DNA of 64,000 nt, from the IMG/VR virus record IMGVR_UViG_3300033693_000005, positions 2,055-66,054 of that record; one strand, 5' to 3'. The notes under the pieces were generated by a model. It was not told the origin of the DNA, searched no databases, and worked only from the letters and a program-made list of their open reading frames with translations. The position numbers and the translations under genes are program-made. Origin of the DNA: a virus. Below, piece after piece: positions 26,101 to 36,482 of the stretch; positions within the stretch are counted from its first letter, which is position 1; each line of letters opens with the position of its first letter.

Positions 26101-27784
26101 CTTGCTCTACAGTTACTGTACCAATATTAACTCCTACATCTTTTATCTGAATACCAGAAGATTTATTACAATCCCTATTAAGAGTTAATTTTAATTGTAT
26201 CTCATCTCCACCTGTTATACCTGCGGCTATCTTTTTAGAGTCAAAAGTAGACCAACCAAACTTGGTAGTTTGATAAATTTGACTGTGAAGAGAACCATTT
26301 ACATATAGTTCTACTTTAGAATTAGGGTTAGCTCTTTTTCCTCCATAGCAGCCTATAAAACAGAACCTATGATCATAAGCACTATGGTCGAATTTACCTG
26401 CTATTCTCACATTTATAGCATTAGGATCAAGAGTTATCTTATTACTCCACTTAACTACATCTCCACTTCCACCACCATCATCATACTCTAAATTATTAAA
26501 ATGCTCTTTATAAGAGCCTGGAGTGTATTCTTTACTACCTGTTACAGGCTCAAATTTCACATAATCATTTGGATCACTAATATCTAGTGAAGGAAACTCA
26601 TGTTTAGCGATAATTTCTTTTTCATATGGTTCTCCATTCTGTGCAGGAGCTAGAGTTAATAAATAATAAGTATAGTTCACTCTAACTTGCTGACTATTAT
26701 CAGGTAATGGGTACTCAGTTGAGTTAGTAAAGGTAATAGCTCCTGTAAGATAATCTATTGAACTTATGCCACTACCTAGAGTATAAACAGTATTACCAAA
26801 CTCTACAGCTACACTTCCTTCTGCTATAGGAACATTATTAGTATTTTTTGTTTGCCCTTCCTCAGTACTATAAGTTAATTGTAATATATTAGTATTAATA
26901 TCACTACCTTTATAAGTCTCTGATACCTCAGATTCCTTCTCTGCTCCTGTCCATATCATATCTCTTTCTGCTCTTTTATAAGGATTAGAAGTTACAGTAG
27001 CCTTATTATATAAATCTTCAGCCCCATAAGTTTCACTGTATCCATCTTGTAGAAAGTCTTCATCTTCAAGAGTGTCTATTAAAGTTAGATTAGGCTCATC
27101 TAAGTTTTGTATATCGATGAAGTGTAATTCTCCATCTGTTACAAAAAACCTAGCCCATGACATCTCTGCTATTAATCTCAATGACTCAAATATGGTATTA
27201 TCTACAAAGTTATAATTAATAATGTAATCAATATCATCAACTAAATTAGTATTAAAATCTATAGCAGAGTCCTTTAATAGAGTCTCAATTACCTGCTTAA
27301 CTGACTTCTCCAAGAAGAATTGATCTCTTGCAGGTTCATTTTGTAATATCATCATTTCATCTTCAATATCGATAGATACTCTACTATTATCATAGTTAGA
27401 TTCAATATTAGAAATTATTCCATAATAATAAGGATAATAATCAGACCCATTAATTGATAATTCAACCACAACTGTTCTATTAGGTATAATATTAAACTCA
27501 TATGTTTGATTACCTAAATCTATATTAAATCTACTAGCAATACTCTTGGGGGAGTAATCATCATTAGAATTATCTAATACTAATGTACCTTTATCCATTA
27601 TAGAAGTTCCTATGTCTCCTTCAAGGGTTCTATCTAAATCTAATTTTATAAATTCATCACTAGCAGACTCTATTGTCTCTAAAGTACCATCATCAAACCA
27701 ATCAATTGATACTCTTACATCTACTTTTCTATTTGTTTCTTTACTAGCATCTATAAATTCTGGACTGTCTAAAAACCTTGCCAA
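23168..27784 (-). CDS. baseplate hub / central tail fibre (Tal-like N-terminus, FN3-like repeats, beta-helix-like C-terminal repeats)
   Basis: follows Dit; FN3-like segments (APPSDV...LEWSNV..DLEGYEVR); C-terminal NAxxIxTGTLxA repeats. Confidence 0.75.
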   Translation of the reverse strand: MARFLDSPEFIDASKETNRKVDVRVSIDWFDDGTLETIESASDEFIKLDLDRTLEGDIGTSIMDKGTLVLDNSNDDYSPKSIASRFNIDLGNQTYEFNIIPNRTVVVELSINGSDYYPYYYGIISNIESNYDNSRVSIDIEDEMMILQNEPARDQFFLEKSVKQVIETLLKDSAIDFNTNLVDDIDYIINYNFVDNTIFESLRLIAEMSWARFFVTDGELHFIDIQNLDEPNLTLIDTLEDEDFLQDGYSETYGAEDLYNKATVTSNPYKRAERDMIWTGAEKESEVSETYKGSDINTNILQLTYSTEEGQTKNTNNVPIAEGSVAVEFGNTVYTLGSGISSIDYLTGAITFTNSTEYPLPDNSQQVRVNYTYYLLTLAPAQNGEPYEKEIIAKHEFPSLDISDPNDYVKFEPVTGSKEYTPGSYKEHFNNLEYDDGGGSGDVVKWSNKITLDPNAINVRIAGKFDHSAYDHRFCFIGCYGGKRANPNSKVELYVNGSLHSQIYQTTKFGWSTFDSKKIAAGITGGDEIQLKLTLNRDCNKSSGIQIKDVGVNIGTVTVEQEQGTVGRVEIDPDYMNENRTKLIFRNYGEDEVIMYSEYEGKEIDNIYLTGIPFKQNSPIEKVQDNDDAARSFTLNSNELSINNDLIYDGSRAQRTADFLVDYYSTPKSVISVPIKGRPHYELLDKIHVNRDEADIDNDFLINEVSDSFTEDGEWNQTLTLRQARTSQWQYTDDGGANIVERVPIDTNAPQGRPPSVTNLNVTVGTFENEDRSFPSLNVSFNGNRFSRIYTIYLKRGNEAFNEVARVSEESFNLQRPIKSGTYTIKVQAESYDGIKEEFSTASEYEFSYAGTEPIDSNSIQLTEIKSLHKDGSAISYVLAEWSFPSTNNYGYTSVYIRRLIPNSKWGDIFNLNQPWTQIDLNKKWGYYSGYDFRLSQRTTENYIETEVLPEGDYEFKFVAEDRYGESQDFESAPTKQITIEGKTAPPSDVNIKKSQFNRSIILEWSNVIDIDLEGYEVRTDANFGFDDNNLIYKGKSNRLELTDFPLDGYAGEVRSYTFYIKAYNRSGIYSTNPEEVTVSNSAPNPPTLDITEFFESLWVEVNPPSDSDIEGFEIEVTEEGGSPEVFDIAIGERLTYSASVRSSYTVRARSYDVIGSGSWSISYNASTKDIDSVTQYASAMRPAVIVSSLPTLPNNDYPEGTYVTKITKDIDGNVDTVELYKNELGTWSSLSSPEFEEGMAIFPRVLAGTIQAGAISTDELAANSITAEQVGTNEIITDTANIANAVIDSASIIDLEADKVTVGGTNTNLSGVLNDDFQSQYNQLYKRYQKLLSSDYLAEPSYTWSGFFDLNSSWNSQIDTTLAWNQLKLQDLWEKYDSEYSNLQTKLANKTTIQSDYDNYYSAAENLIDYMQGLENDLSKVPLEKLGIEEYARQGKTIVEGGYLQTILINADRIDTGTLNADVVDVINLNASNISTGTLDANIISVINLNANNIETGTLNTANVTVQSSDGNTTFDGNTITVKDENGTTRVKIGDLA

Positions 27785-28138
27785 TTAAATCACCTCTTCC
27801 AAAGTTAATTCCCATCTCCATAAATCCTCTTCTGTATCTTTAGGCAAATAATTATAACCACTTATTGGGATAGTTACTGTATATGTATTTCCAAAAACAT
27901 CAGTGAAGGATAAATCCTGCCCTCCACCTGTTTCTGGAAAAACTAAAGAGGTGATATATAAGAGATTATAATGTTCTTTCTCTGTTAAATTATCTATTGT
28001 GATACTAAATGTTTTATAAGCATCACTAGAATAGTCTGTAAATATCTTACCTTTTCTGCTTCTTTGAGTAATACCCACCCTATTTTCACTTATATTATAG
28101 TCTGACTCCTCAAAGAAATACTTATGTAATTTAATCAT
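27785..28138 (-). CDS. distal tail (Dit-like) protein
   Basis: small beta-rich protein between TMP and hub, ending WELTLEEV. Confidence 0.55.
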   Translation of the reverse strand: MIKLHKYFFEESDYNISENRVGITQRSRKGKIFTDYSSDAYKTFSITIDNLTEKEHYNLLYITSLVFPETGGGQDLSFTDVFGNTYTVTIPISGYNYLPKDTEEDLWRWELTLEEVI

Positions 28139-28152
28139 TTATATCACCTCTC

Positions 28153-31100
28153 TTATGCTTTAGATTCAATAAATTCTCTAATATATGGTGCTAATTTCTT
28201 AGCTGCCTCTCTAGCAGAAGCTTTATCACCTAAGAATATTTGACTTTGAACACTAAATGTATTATTATAGGTAATATTAGATGTTGATCCAGCTCTAAAA
28301 CTTCTATCCATTGTTACATCTGGTTCAACTCCACCTATTTCTACACCAAAGTCTTCACCTAATATCTGTTGGTAGATACCATAGTATTGTTCTAATTCTT
28401 GTCCTACTATATCTACTTCTTCTCTAAATCGTGCTAACATTTCTTGGTTTATAGTCATGTCATCATTAACTACACCTTCAAGTAATCCACCAAGTCTTTT
28501 CATTTGTTGCTCAATAACCTGTGTTTCCCATAACTTGTTAAGGATTGAATCTTGAATAGCCTGTCCTACTGTATCATCAAACTGGCTTCTGAAGTCTCTA
28601 TAAGATAAATTTTCAGAGAAAAGATTCATAATCCCACTAGAAAGTTGACTAGCTGATTCTTTAACTCTTCCTAGTATCTCTTCCATATCTTCTAAATCCA
28701 TCTTAGCAGCATTCAGTCCAGATACATCCCAATCTTCTCCCCCAAATAATCCTTGGAAGAATCCTGCTTCATCTGTATATTGTGCTAATTCAGCGTCATA
28801 GAAAATACCAAAGTCTCTTAAAGAATCCTGTACATTTTTAATTTGGTCATTAATTTCTTGTGCCTCATTTTTTGCTTCCACACCTTCTTTTCCCCCAAAA
28901 ATCATCTGACCTATAGAACCAATTGCTTGACCTATCTGGGGGCTTCCTGATATTACAGTACCAATTCCAGTAGCAATAGATCGTCCAACACTACCCCCTT
29001 GTCCAAATACTTTACCTACCTGTGTAGCAAACTCTCCAAAGGCATCTCCAAAACCATCACCTAAATTAAGGAAATCTCCAATACTTGAGCCTATGTCAGA
29101 TAGCTTTGATTGGATCTCTTCCTCGGGTAAGTTATCAAAAGCAGCAGAGAATCCTTCTCTGAGTAGAATACCAAACTTATCCCCTACACTCATATCACTT
29201 GTAAATTGTTCTACAGCACTAGATATAGCGTCAGACATTGATTGGTACCAAGCATTCTCAAGACTATCAATTTTATTTCTTATTTCTTCAAATACCTCAT
29301 CTATTGTTTCTTGGTCAAGACCGAGCATACTAAGTGTTTTTTCTAAGTTACCTTCTGATACACCCAGCTCTTGAAGAGTATCTTTAAAATCAGATAGACC
29401 ATTCTTTAGCCTATCTATTTCTTTTTCAGCTTGCTCCATGTTAGTTATTTCACTTATATCAAACTCATTTAAATCTGATATTATACTTGTATCTTCAATT
29501 TGAGTTATTGCTTCTAAAGCTTCCTTCTCTTTTTCAATTTCTTTTCTAACTGCAACAATTCTATCTTTTAAATCTAAATCATGAGTCTTTTCTTCCCACT
29601 CATCTAACTGTTTTAATTGGGTTGTTACATCCTTAAGAGCCTGCTCTTGCTCACTTAAATAATCAGACTCCATAGAAGGTAGACCTTCCTTTATTTCTTC
29701 GGATAGGGCTAACTCATTCAATACTACACTTTGTTCAATTAATTCATCCCATTTTTGTGCTAATCTATCACTTTCTTCTCTGATTTTCTGTACTTCTTCA
29801 GCAGCAGCACCTATCTTTAAGAATTGACTTAACTGGTCTGTATCAAATATTTTTAAGAGTTGATTATCTTTACCTCTTAATTCTTCATAAATACTTACTA
29901 TATTATTAATTTCTTCTTCTGGTAATTCAACAATATTACTTAAATCCAACTTACCAAACCTAGTAAATAATTCTTCTGTATTTATAACTTCAGAGAACTT
30001 CTCACCTAAGTTTTTAGTGTCAATTTTAGTCTCTAAAACATTGTTGAAATCACCTATTAATTTTTCTGCTGCATCTAGTATTTTTGTTTGTAGTTTCTCA
30101 AATTCACCAGAGTCCCAAGCATCATATATTCCAGAAATATCAATATCTTGTTCAGCTAACTGCTCTTCTGTTAGATTAAACTGCTCTTCTAAGAATGTAC
30201 TGAGTTCCTGTCTAGTTTCTAAGTTAGCTGGATCTAAAGTAAATACTTCTTGAGCTATATCTTCAAGATTCCCTAAATAATCTTCGTACACCTTAATTTC
30301 ATTTTCTAATCTCTCTAAACCAGTATCTCCTTTTATATCTGATAACCAGCTTTGAAAATCTAATTCTTCCTCTAGACTTCTTCTCATTCCATCGACTTCC
30401 AATTTAGCTTCTCTTAATTCTTGTGTAAACTCATTAAGAATATCAATAGCTCCTACTAGATTAGTTAATATCTCTTCTTCTGTTAACCCTGCAAAACCTT
30501 CTTGAAGAAGTTTTATTTCAGTTCTAAACTTGGTTATTAGCCTTTGAGCAGTCTCTATACTCTCGTTAATATTAGAATATCTAGTCTGAGCAGCAGTTAG
30601 TTTTTGAGTTATTTCTTGAATATCTGCAATATGTTCAGAATTATTAGGGTTTAACTGTGATAGTTTTTCTCTATACTTTTCTATGTCATTTGTTACATCA
30701 CTTTGGGCTGTCCTTAATCCAGTCATTGACATTTCTAAAGTGTTAATATTATTTTCCATCTCAGAAATAACTTCTGTTACTTTACTTCCACCATCACCAA
30801 ACTTGTCTAATTGCTTACCAACTATTTGACTTAAGGTATTACCAAAGTTTTTAGAAGCATCTCCTAATTCATACCATTGCTCTGTTAAGTCTTGTTTTAA
30901 TTCGAATAACTCTGCATCTTGTTCAGCAGTTCTATCTCTTATACTGCTTAGCTCCTGATATCTATCCTGCTGTTCTTGGAGCATTTTTAATTCTCTCTGT
31001 CCTTGTTTTACGTTAGAGAGCATTGAGTTAGTATTCTTATCAATAAATGCTATACTATTATCAAGGGCTTCATTATACTTAACCAATTCACTAGCTATTG

Positions 31101-33165
31101 TATCGAGAAACTGAGTGTATTCATTATTATTTATCTGATCTTCGAACTGTTTAGCTATATCAGGGAATGCTTTTTCCAGTTTAGTAATTTGTACAAGCAT
31201 TTCTTCAGACATCTTTCTAGTCTCATCTGTTGCACCTTCGAATCCTGGAGTAATATCAGCTAAAATATTCCCAATAGTACCAAAGAAACTAGCTTCTCCT
31301 GCCTCAGAGAATGCTTCTGATCTAGCCTGCTGTAAATCAGTAAAGGAACCTATCATTTCTCTATACTGAGTAATTAATTCCCTAGAATTACTTAATTCAG
31401 TTTTAGAAAGCTCATTTGTTCTCTCAGTTACATCATTAAATGTTGATTTTGCTTTAGTTCCTTCTTCAATTGCTTGTATTAATTTACCTTGCCTAGTTAT
31501 ATACTGACTAATCCCTATCACTAAAGTACCTATAGCTGGAATTAGAGGATTTATTGCTGTAAGAACTCCCCCAAATGATAAAGCTAATGTACCTACAGTT
31601 GTTGATAAACCTGTAAGTGTAGTGGTTGTTAAAAGACTAACTGTTTTTATAGACATTAATGCGGGTACTAATAGGCTAGCGACATTTCTTATAGCCTGCA
31701 TCTCTTCTTCTAAGGCTCTAAAACCATTTAAGAAATCATCTACAGAAGACAATACTTCTCGAATAGCTCCTGCTAGATTAATGGATAGTTCTTCTCCACC
31801 TAAATCTTGAATAGTATTGATTATCTGATTAAATTCTGCCCTAACTTGAGTCCAATTAGCTTCCATACCTTGCATATATGTTTCATTCTCTTCAATAGCA
31901 GAGTTTAGAGAATTCATAGAAGATGTTGTTGCATCTAATGCCATATCCCAGTTCTCGATTAAAGCTATCACATCAGAGTATCTTCTTCTACCACCAATAG
32001 CTCTAGCGATATTAGCCTGCATTACCTCATCTAAGTCACCCCAGCGAACAGCTAAATCAGTAAGTACATCAGATAGGTCTCTATAAGTAGATTCATCTTC
32101 TCTTAAAGCAACACCAACACTGTTTAAAGCTACTTCAACTTTACCTAGAGATTCTGCTGTACCCCCCATATCTCCCATTATTCTTGAGAATATTGTACGT
32201 AAAGAACGCCCTATACGGCTACCAGACTTGGCTGTAGCAGCACTTAAAGAAGTTACCATACCTATAAGACTATCCATTGATACCCCCGCTGATTGAGCCG
32301 CTGAGCCTGCTTCTCGGAGGGCTATACCAATATCAGTTGCATTTACAGCAAAGTTATTCGCAACTTCATTCCACCTATCTATAATTTCTGTAGCTTCACT
32401 AGCATCCATATTAAATTGTAATAATGAGGCTGTGAGTAAGTCTACACTTTCTTTTGCTTCCATTTCTGCAACATTAGTAGCAAGTAAAGCAGCTTCAGTT
32501 AATTCTATAACCTCTATCTGATTTCTACCTTGTCTTCCCCATTCAACCATTGAGGATATTACATCTTGAATATTAGCAGCAAATTCTACTCCTAAATTTC
32601 CAGCAGTATCTCTTAAACTTTCAAAATCAGTAGTTGCACCACTCATTACACGTCTTAAAGCAATCATTTCACTATTAACTTCCATCATAGTCTGATGTGC
32701 TTCTCTTAATGCTCTCTGAGAACCATATATAGCTGTTGTAGCTAAGCCCCAGACTACTGTTGATCTAAGTGCAATACCAATACTTCTTGTGCGTGAGGAG
32801 AGCCAATTCTCAGTAGCAGTATTATTACCTTTTATAGCTTTTGTATGATTCTGTGTAGTCTTATCTAAATCATTTAAAGCTTTATTCTCTTTCTTAGTTG
32901 TTTGCTCCATTTTCTGTGATTTAGAAGCAACACTTTCTTTACCTGTAGATACTTTCTGCATCTTATTATTAAGCTGGTCAAACTTATTCATCTCTTGGTC
33001 TATAGTAGATAAACTACCTTTCATTGAAGCATTCATAGATTGAGAAGAAGCTTGAACAGACTTAGAAAACTTTTGAAATCTTTGCTCTATCGCATTAAGT
33101 GTAGAATTTACTCCAACTGATCCTACACTAACATTTATTCCTAAATTATAAGTACTACCTGCCAA
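28153..33165 (-). CDS. tail tape measure protein
   Basis: 1670 aa, helical, TP901-like TMP core, Gly/Ala-rich TM-like segments. Confidence 0.9.
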   Translation of the reverse strand: MAGSTYNLGINVSVGSVGVNSTLNAIEQRFQKFSKSVQASSQSMNASMKGSLSTIDQEMNKFDQLNNKMQKVSTGKESVASKSQKMEQTTKKENKALNDLDKTTQNHTKAIKGNNTATENWLSSRTRSIGIALRSTVVWGLATTAIYGSQRALREAHQTMMEVNSEMIALRRVMSGATTDFESLRDTAGNLGVEFAANIQDVISSMVEWGRQGRNQIEVIELTEAALLATNVAEMEAKESVDLLTASLLQFNMDASEATEIIDRWNEVANNFAVNATDIGIALREAGSAAQSAGVSMDSLIGMVTSLSAATAKSGSRIGRSLRTIFSRIMGDMGGTAESLGKVEVALNSVGVALREDESTYRDLSDVLTDLAVRWGDLDEVMQANIARAIGGRRRYSDVIALIENWDMALDATTSSMNSLNSAIEENETYMQGMEANWTQVRAEFNQIINTIQDLGGEELSINLAGAIREVLSSVDDFLNGFRALEEEMQAIRNVASLLVPALMSIKTVSLLTTTTLTGLSTTVGTLALSFGGVLTAINPLIPAIGTLVIGISQYITRQGKLIQAIEEGTKAKSTFNDVTERTNELSKTELSNSRELITQYREMIGSFTDLQQARSEAFSEAGEASFFGTIGNILADITPGFEGATDETRKMSEEMLVQITKLEKAFPDIAKQFEDQINNNEYTQFLDTIASELVKYNEALDNSIAFIDKNTNSMLSNVKQGQRELKMLQEQQDRYQELSSIRDRTAEQDAELFELKQDLTEQWYELGDASKNFGNTLSQIVGKQLDKFGDGGSKVTEVISEMENNINTLEMSMTGLRTAQSDVTNDIEKYREKLSQLNPNNSEHIADIQEITQKLTAAQTRYSNINESIETAQRLITKFRTEIKLLQEGFAGLTEEEILTNLVGAIDILNEFTQELREAKLEVDGMRRSLEEELDFQSWLSDIKGDTGLERLENEIKVYEDYLGNLEDIAQEVFTLDPANLETRQELSTFLEEQFNLTEEQLAEQDIDISGIYDAWDSGEFEKLQTKILDAAEKLIGDFNNVLETKIDTKNLGEKFSEVINTEELFTRFGKLDLSNIVELPEEEINNIVSIYEELRGKDNQLLKIFDTDQLSQFLKIGAAAEEVQKIREESDRLAQKWDELIEQSVVLNELALSEEIKEGLPSMESDYLSEQEQALKDVTTQLKQLDEWEEKTHDLDLKDRIVAVRKEIEKEKEALEAITQIEDTSIISDLNEFDISEITNMEQAEKEIDRLKNGLSDFKDTLQELGVSEGNLEKTLSMLGLDQETIDEVFEEIRNKIDSLENAWYQSMSDAISSAVEQFTSDMSVGDKFGILLREGFSAAFDNLPEEEIQSKLSDIGSSIGDFLNLGDGFGDAFGEFATQVGKVFGQGGSVGRSIATGIGTVISGSPQIGQAIGSIGQMIFGGKEGVEAKNEAQEINDQIKNVQDSLRDFGIFYDAELAQYTDEAGFFQGLFGGEDWDVSGLNAAKMDLEDMEEILGRVKESASQLSSGIMNLFSENLSYRDFRSQFDDTVGQAIQDSILNKLWETQVIEQQMKRLGGLLEGVVNDDMTINQEMLARFREEVDIVGQELEQYYGIYQQILGEDFGVEIGGVEPDVTMDRSFRAGSTSNITYNNTFSVQSQIFLGDKASAREAAKKLAPYIREFIESKA

Positions 33166-33170
33166 TTAGC

Positions 33171-33674
33171 TCACCTCACTTTCTTATATATTTCTGCATA
33201 TAAATCTAATCTACATGAATACATCCCGTCACTGTCTCTATTTAATATTCCATTAGGTAAACTCAGACTTACTCTTCTAAAGTGAGGAATATTCATGTAG
33301 TAGTTATCAAATTTATACTTTAATTCGCTTGCTAGCTCATTTAATAAAATCTTTCTTTTAGTACCTTCTTGTACTTTATCTGTTACTACAATATATAAGG
33401 CTAAATTAATATTTATTTTCTGTACTGTATCTCCTTGACTATCCCTTGTTTTATTAGTTACAGGACTATCTAATTCCATTACCTGTACAATAGGTCTAAC
33501 GTTGTCAGGATTTTGATTCATCCACTCTACTGTATTCTGAACATCATCAAAATCTATTGCATACCAAGAGTCAGGGAAATCATCATTTTCACCTTGTTTA
33601 GTCATAATAAAAGTTTGCAATTCCTCGTGCATATTATTTATAAAATTCTTTGCTTGTGTAATCAATTTTTCCAC
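33171..33674 (-). CDS. putative tail terminator
   Basis: size, position and beta-alpha pattern. Confidence 0.4.
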   Translation of the reverse strand: MEKLITQAKNFINNMHEELQTFIMTKQGENDDFPDSWYAIDFDDVQNTVEWMNQNPDNVRPIVQVMELDSPVTNKTRDSQGDTVQKININLALYIVVTDKVQEGTKRKILLNELASELKYKFDNYYMNIPHFRRVSLSLPNGILNRDSDGMYSCRLDLYAEIYKKVR

Positions 33675-34222
33675 ATCCCTAATAAAGGCATCAGTATTGT
33701 TTTAGGGTTCTTTCTTCCTTGCATAATCTGTAACTTTAATTCTTCATATGTTTTCTGCATATACTTACTACCTTTTCTTAATACATCTACTCCTTGGGCA
33801 TTCTCATATACGAAGTCATTCTCTACTCTTAAAGAGTAAGGAGTTTCGTTCATATTAGTTGCTGTACCAGTTTCTAAAGTTCCAGGAGACTCCTGCCCAG
33901 CTAAATAATTATCATCTATGTACAAATGTAAGTTATTTCCTTTAACTTCTGCCCTTACTGCATCTAATAAGGCACCTGTTCTTTGATAATGAGTAGGCTC
34001 AGTATTAACCTTATAATTATTACCTGCTATCATTTCTACAGGAGAGTTATAAACCATATCATAAATATTAGCTTGAAGAGTTGCCGATACACTTACATCC
34101 CCATCGCCCATTAAAAGGTCTAAATATTGCTTTAACCCATCTTCATCTAGTTGTTCTCTTAATAGCTGTAGTCTAATCATTAGTTCATCTAAGTCTGGTA
34201 TATCTATATCTATTTTTATCAT
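33662..34222 (-). CDS. putative neck/tail-completion protein (HK97 gp10-like)
   Basis: YQRTGALLDAV motif, position. Confidence 0.45.
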   Translation of the reverse strand: MIKIDIDIPDLDELMIRLQLLREQLDEDGLKQYLDLLMGDGDVSVSATLQANIYDMVYNSPVEMIAGNNYKVNTEPTHYQRTGALLDAVRAEVKGNNLHLYIDDNYLAGQESPGTLETGTATNMNETPYSLRVENDFVYENAQGVDVLRKGSKYMQKTYEELKLQIMQGRKNPKTILMPLLGMWKN

Positions 34223-34617
34223 AATATCTTGCCTACCATATAATAGTGAGTGATAGTACCATCTAGTAATTGCTCTGCTTGTATCATCTCAGCAGTAAAA
34301 GTTCTACCTTGATGTTTAAATTCATATTTGATAGCATCAGTAGGGAGAGAAGTATCATAAGGGAGTAAAAGAATTAAGTCACCTTCTGTTAAGTCACCAT
34401 AATCATACCTTTTAGAAGAGAACTCATCAATCTCTTGAATTACGGAAGGATATTCTGAAAAGTTAGACCAAGTAGGATCCGTTGTTCCACCCATACCTGG
34501 AGTAAATGTTCCTTCCGAATAATACCTAATAGAAAGAGAGTTCTGGGATGTTAGTTGTTTAGCATCCCTTAAAACTCCTTTCTTCTCAAGAGGGGATAAT
34601 TGAAAATCATTAATCAT
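34219..34617 (-). CDS. putative head-closure (stopper) protein
   Basis: beta-rich, GDLILL...F.HQG..F pattern. Confidence 0.45.
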   Translation of the reverse strand: MINDFQLSPLEKKGVLRDAKQLTSQNSLSIRYYSEGTFTPGMGGTTDPTWSNFSEYPSVIQEIDEFSSKRYDYGDLTEGDLILLLPYDTSLPTDAIKYEFKHQGRTFTAEMIQAEQLLDGTITHYYMVGKIL

Positions 34618-34639
34618 AATAACCCTCCTTTAGTTTCCT

Positions 34640-34966
34640 TTAAAGCTTAATAACTGCAATCTCTGTGTCTGTTGCTGTTGAATCAACTTGTACTGTACCA
34701 TCAACTGTATTAAAATATTTCTTTGACAGACCTGTAACCATATATTCATCACCTAATGCTAAGCTGACTGCCTTGTCTTCAATACTTAACCCATCAACTG
34801 TACCATCTGTAATAAATGTTATATCAGCAGCAGTTGGGGCTTTTATAATAACTAACTCTGTTCCTGTATTAGCAAATTCAACACCATCTACTCCAATAGT
34901 AGTGTATGTAGGATTAGTTACTCCACTAGAGCCAACTCTCTGTACATCTACCATAGCTCTTGCCAT
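34640..34966 (-). CDS. small beta-rich virion protein
   Basis: Thr/Val/Gly-rich, in the structural operon. Confidence 0.5.
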   Translation of the reverse strand: MARAMVDVQRVGSSGVTNPTYTTIGVDGVEFANTGTELVIIKAPTAADITFITDGTVDGLSIEDKAVSLALGDEYMVTGLSKKYFNTVDGTVQVDSTATDTEIAVIKL

Positions 34967-35005
34967 TTTTATTTTCCTCCTTATAGTAAGAAAGGAATAG
35001 AAGTA

Positions 35006-35212
35006 TTATCTCCTATTCCTCTTTTTGTTCTTCTCTGCTTCCTTTTTTGACTGTTCTTTGATATATTCCTCATGCTCTAAATCTAAGTTTCTCTTCTGTA
35101 TTAATTCCATTTGAGTATCCTTATCTATTCTATCCCACTGGTTAGGGGTATACCCAAATTTCTCCCATGTATCTAAGACAACATATCTAAAAGATATACC
35201 ATCTTTCAACAT
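35006..35212 (-). CDS. tail assembly chaperone, frameshift extension (gpT-like)
   Basis: lies in the -1 frame of 35233-35724 and is open back to the slippery site. Confidence 0.65.
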   Translation of the reverse strand: MLKDGISFRYVVLDTWEKFGYTPNQWDRIDKDTQMELIQKRNLDLEHEEYIKEQSKKEAEKNKKRNRR

Positions 35213-35232
35213 GCCTGACTTATTGTCAGGAC

Positions 35233-35724
35233 TTAGGAGTTTTTTTCCGCTTTATCTAACCTTTCAGAGATACCGTTAAGCTCAAAACCTTTTTCAGTAA
35301 TAGCTAATCTATCCATTTCTCTAAGCTCTTCTAAGAGAAATTCTACACCCTCTTCTACAGTTTCGCCTGGTTTAAAGTCATCAGCAATAAACTCATAAGC
35401 AATTCTAGCTTTTCTTTCTCTCTCTACAGGAGCAGCTTTTTCTTGCCACTCTTTAGCTTTTGGATGATCATTAAAACTTTCAAACTTTTCTTGAGCATTA
35501 GGGACTCTAATAGAATGTCTCTTATTACCAATATCAATATTAATAACTGGTTTCTCTGGAAGCTTGTCATCATATTGTCTATTAATTTCTTGAATTTCAT
35601 CATAATCTACAAATTTAACTGGGAAAGTTACTTCAACCTCACCCATTTTAATTGTCAAGTCTTCAGTAAGTGTTTCCTTTACACCTTTTAAATCTTCCCA
35701 AACGTTCTTTCCTTTTTTAGCCAT
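35233..35724 (-). CDS. tail assembly chaperone (gpG-like)
   Basis: ends GCG GAA AAA AAC TCC TAA. Confidence 0.65.
   Translation of the reverse strand: MAKKGKNVWEDLKGVKETLTEDLTIKMGEVEVTFPVKFVDYDEIQEINRQYDDKLPEKPVINIDIGNKRHSIRVPNAQEKFESFNDHPKAKEWQEKAAPVERERKARIAYEFIADDFKPGETVEEGVEFLLEELREMDRLAITEKGFELNGISERLDKAEKNS
35239..35245 (-). other. -1 programmed ribosomal frameshift site A AAA AAC
   Basis: X XXY YYZ heptamer; the -1 frame reads GGA AAA AAA CTC CTA AGT CCT GAC AAT AAG TCA GGC ATG into the next ORF. Confidence 0.7.
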
Positions 35725-35739
35725 TAATAACCTCTCCTT

Positions 35740-36480
35740 TTATAATAAATTATTTCCTTCGCCTACAAGAGATTCAAATATTATCCCTGTAGAATCTCTA
35801 TAATACCTTTCATAAGTATTAAATTTAATGCCTGTTAAATGTTTCTCATAAGACTTATCTCCATTAGTGTGGTCTTCCCTATAAGTAATCCTAATAGGAG
35901 TATCATTTTCTATAGCATCAAATAACTGCCAATCATAAGCCATGTTACTAAAGCTCACATTAAAATTCTCACTCTCTAAAATAAGTTGTTTAATATTATT
36001 CTTTTTAAACTTTCTATCAGATAAAAAACCCCTATCTACTGAGATTCTAAAATCTTGAACATACTGATTAGTCATAATGTTATTATATTCTTTATAAGTT
36101 ACATCTACTGTAATGGTATTTGTAAAAGTAATATTAATATCTGTAATAGAATCTTCTAATAGCTTAGGTCTATCTGAGCTTACAAAAGTTAAATCTTCAA
36201 TAATATCTGTACCATTAAGAACATATTCTTGCTCATTAAAGTCTAGTATTAAAGTGTCCCCAGTAGAAATAACTTTACTAAATTGTACTATATTCCCACC
36301 AATTTCAATTGCAGTTATGTTAGAACTATCAGAAGTTATTTCTAATCTAGGATACTGCATATTAGTAGCTTGATTGTCAATACTAATAGAGCCAGAAGAA
36401 ATAGTGTATGAATTAGTAACTTCTTCTAGAATAGCTGTATCTATACTTGTCTCATATGCAGCAAATACTGTAGCTTCCAT
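35740..36480 (-). CDS. tail structural protein
   Basis: beta-rich, between the tube and chaperone genes. Confidence 0.45.
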   Translation of the reverse strand: MEATVFAAYETSIDTAILEEVTNSYTISSGSISIDNQATNMQYPRLEITSDSSNITAIEIGGNIVQFSKVISTGDTLILDFNEQEYVLNGTDIIEDLTFVSSDRPKLLEDSITDINITFTNTITVDVTYKEYNNIMTNQYVQDFRISVDRGFLSDRKFKKNNIKQLILESENFNVSFSNMAYDWQLFDAIENDTPIRITYREDHTNGDKSYEKHLTGIKFNTYERYYRDSTGIIFESLVGEGNNLL

Positions 36481-36482
36481 TA

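Noticed and set aside
20524-33180. KKVR(K) endings of the holin (20524) and terminator-like protein (33171) as members of the early-protein tag
   Set aside because: They lack the RR(L/I) core and are fully explained by overlapping AAGTGAGG/AAGGAAG RBS sequences.
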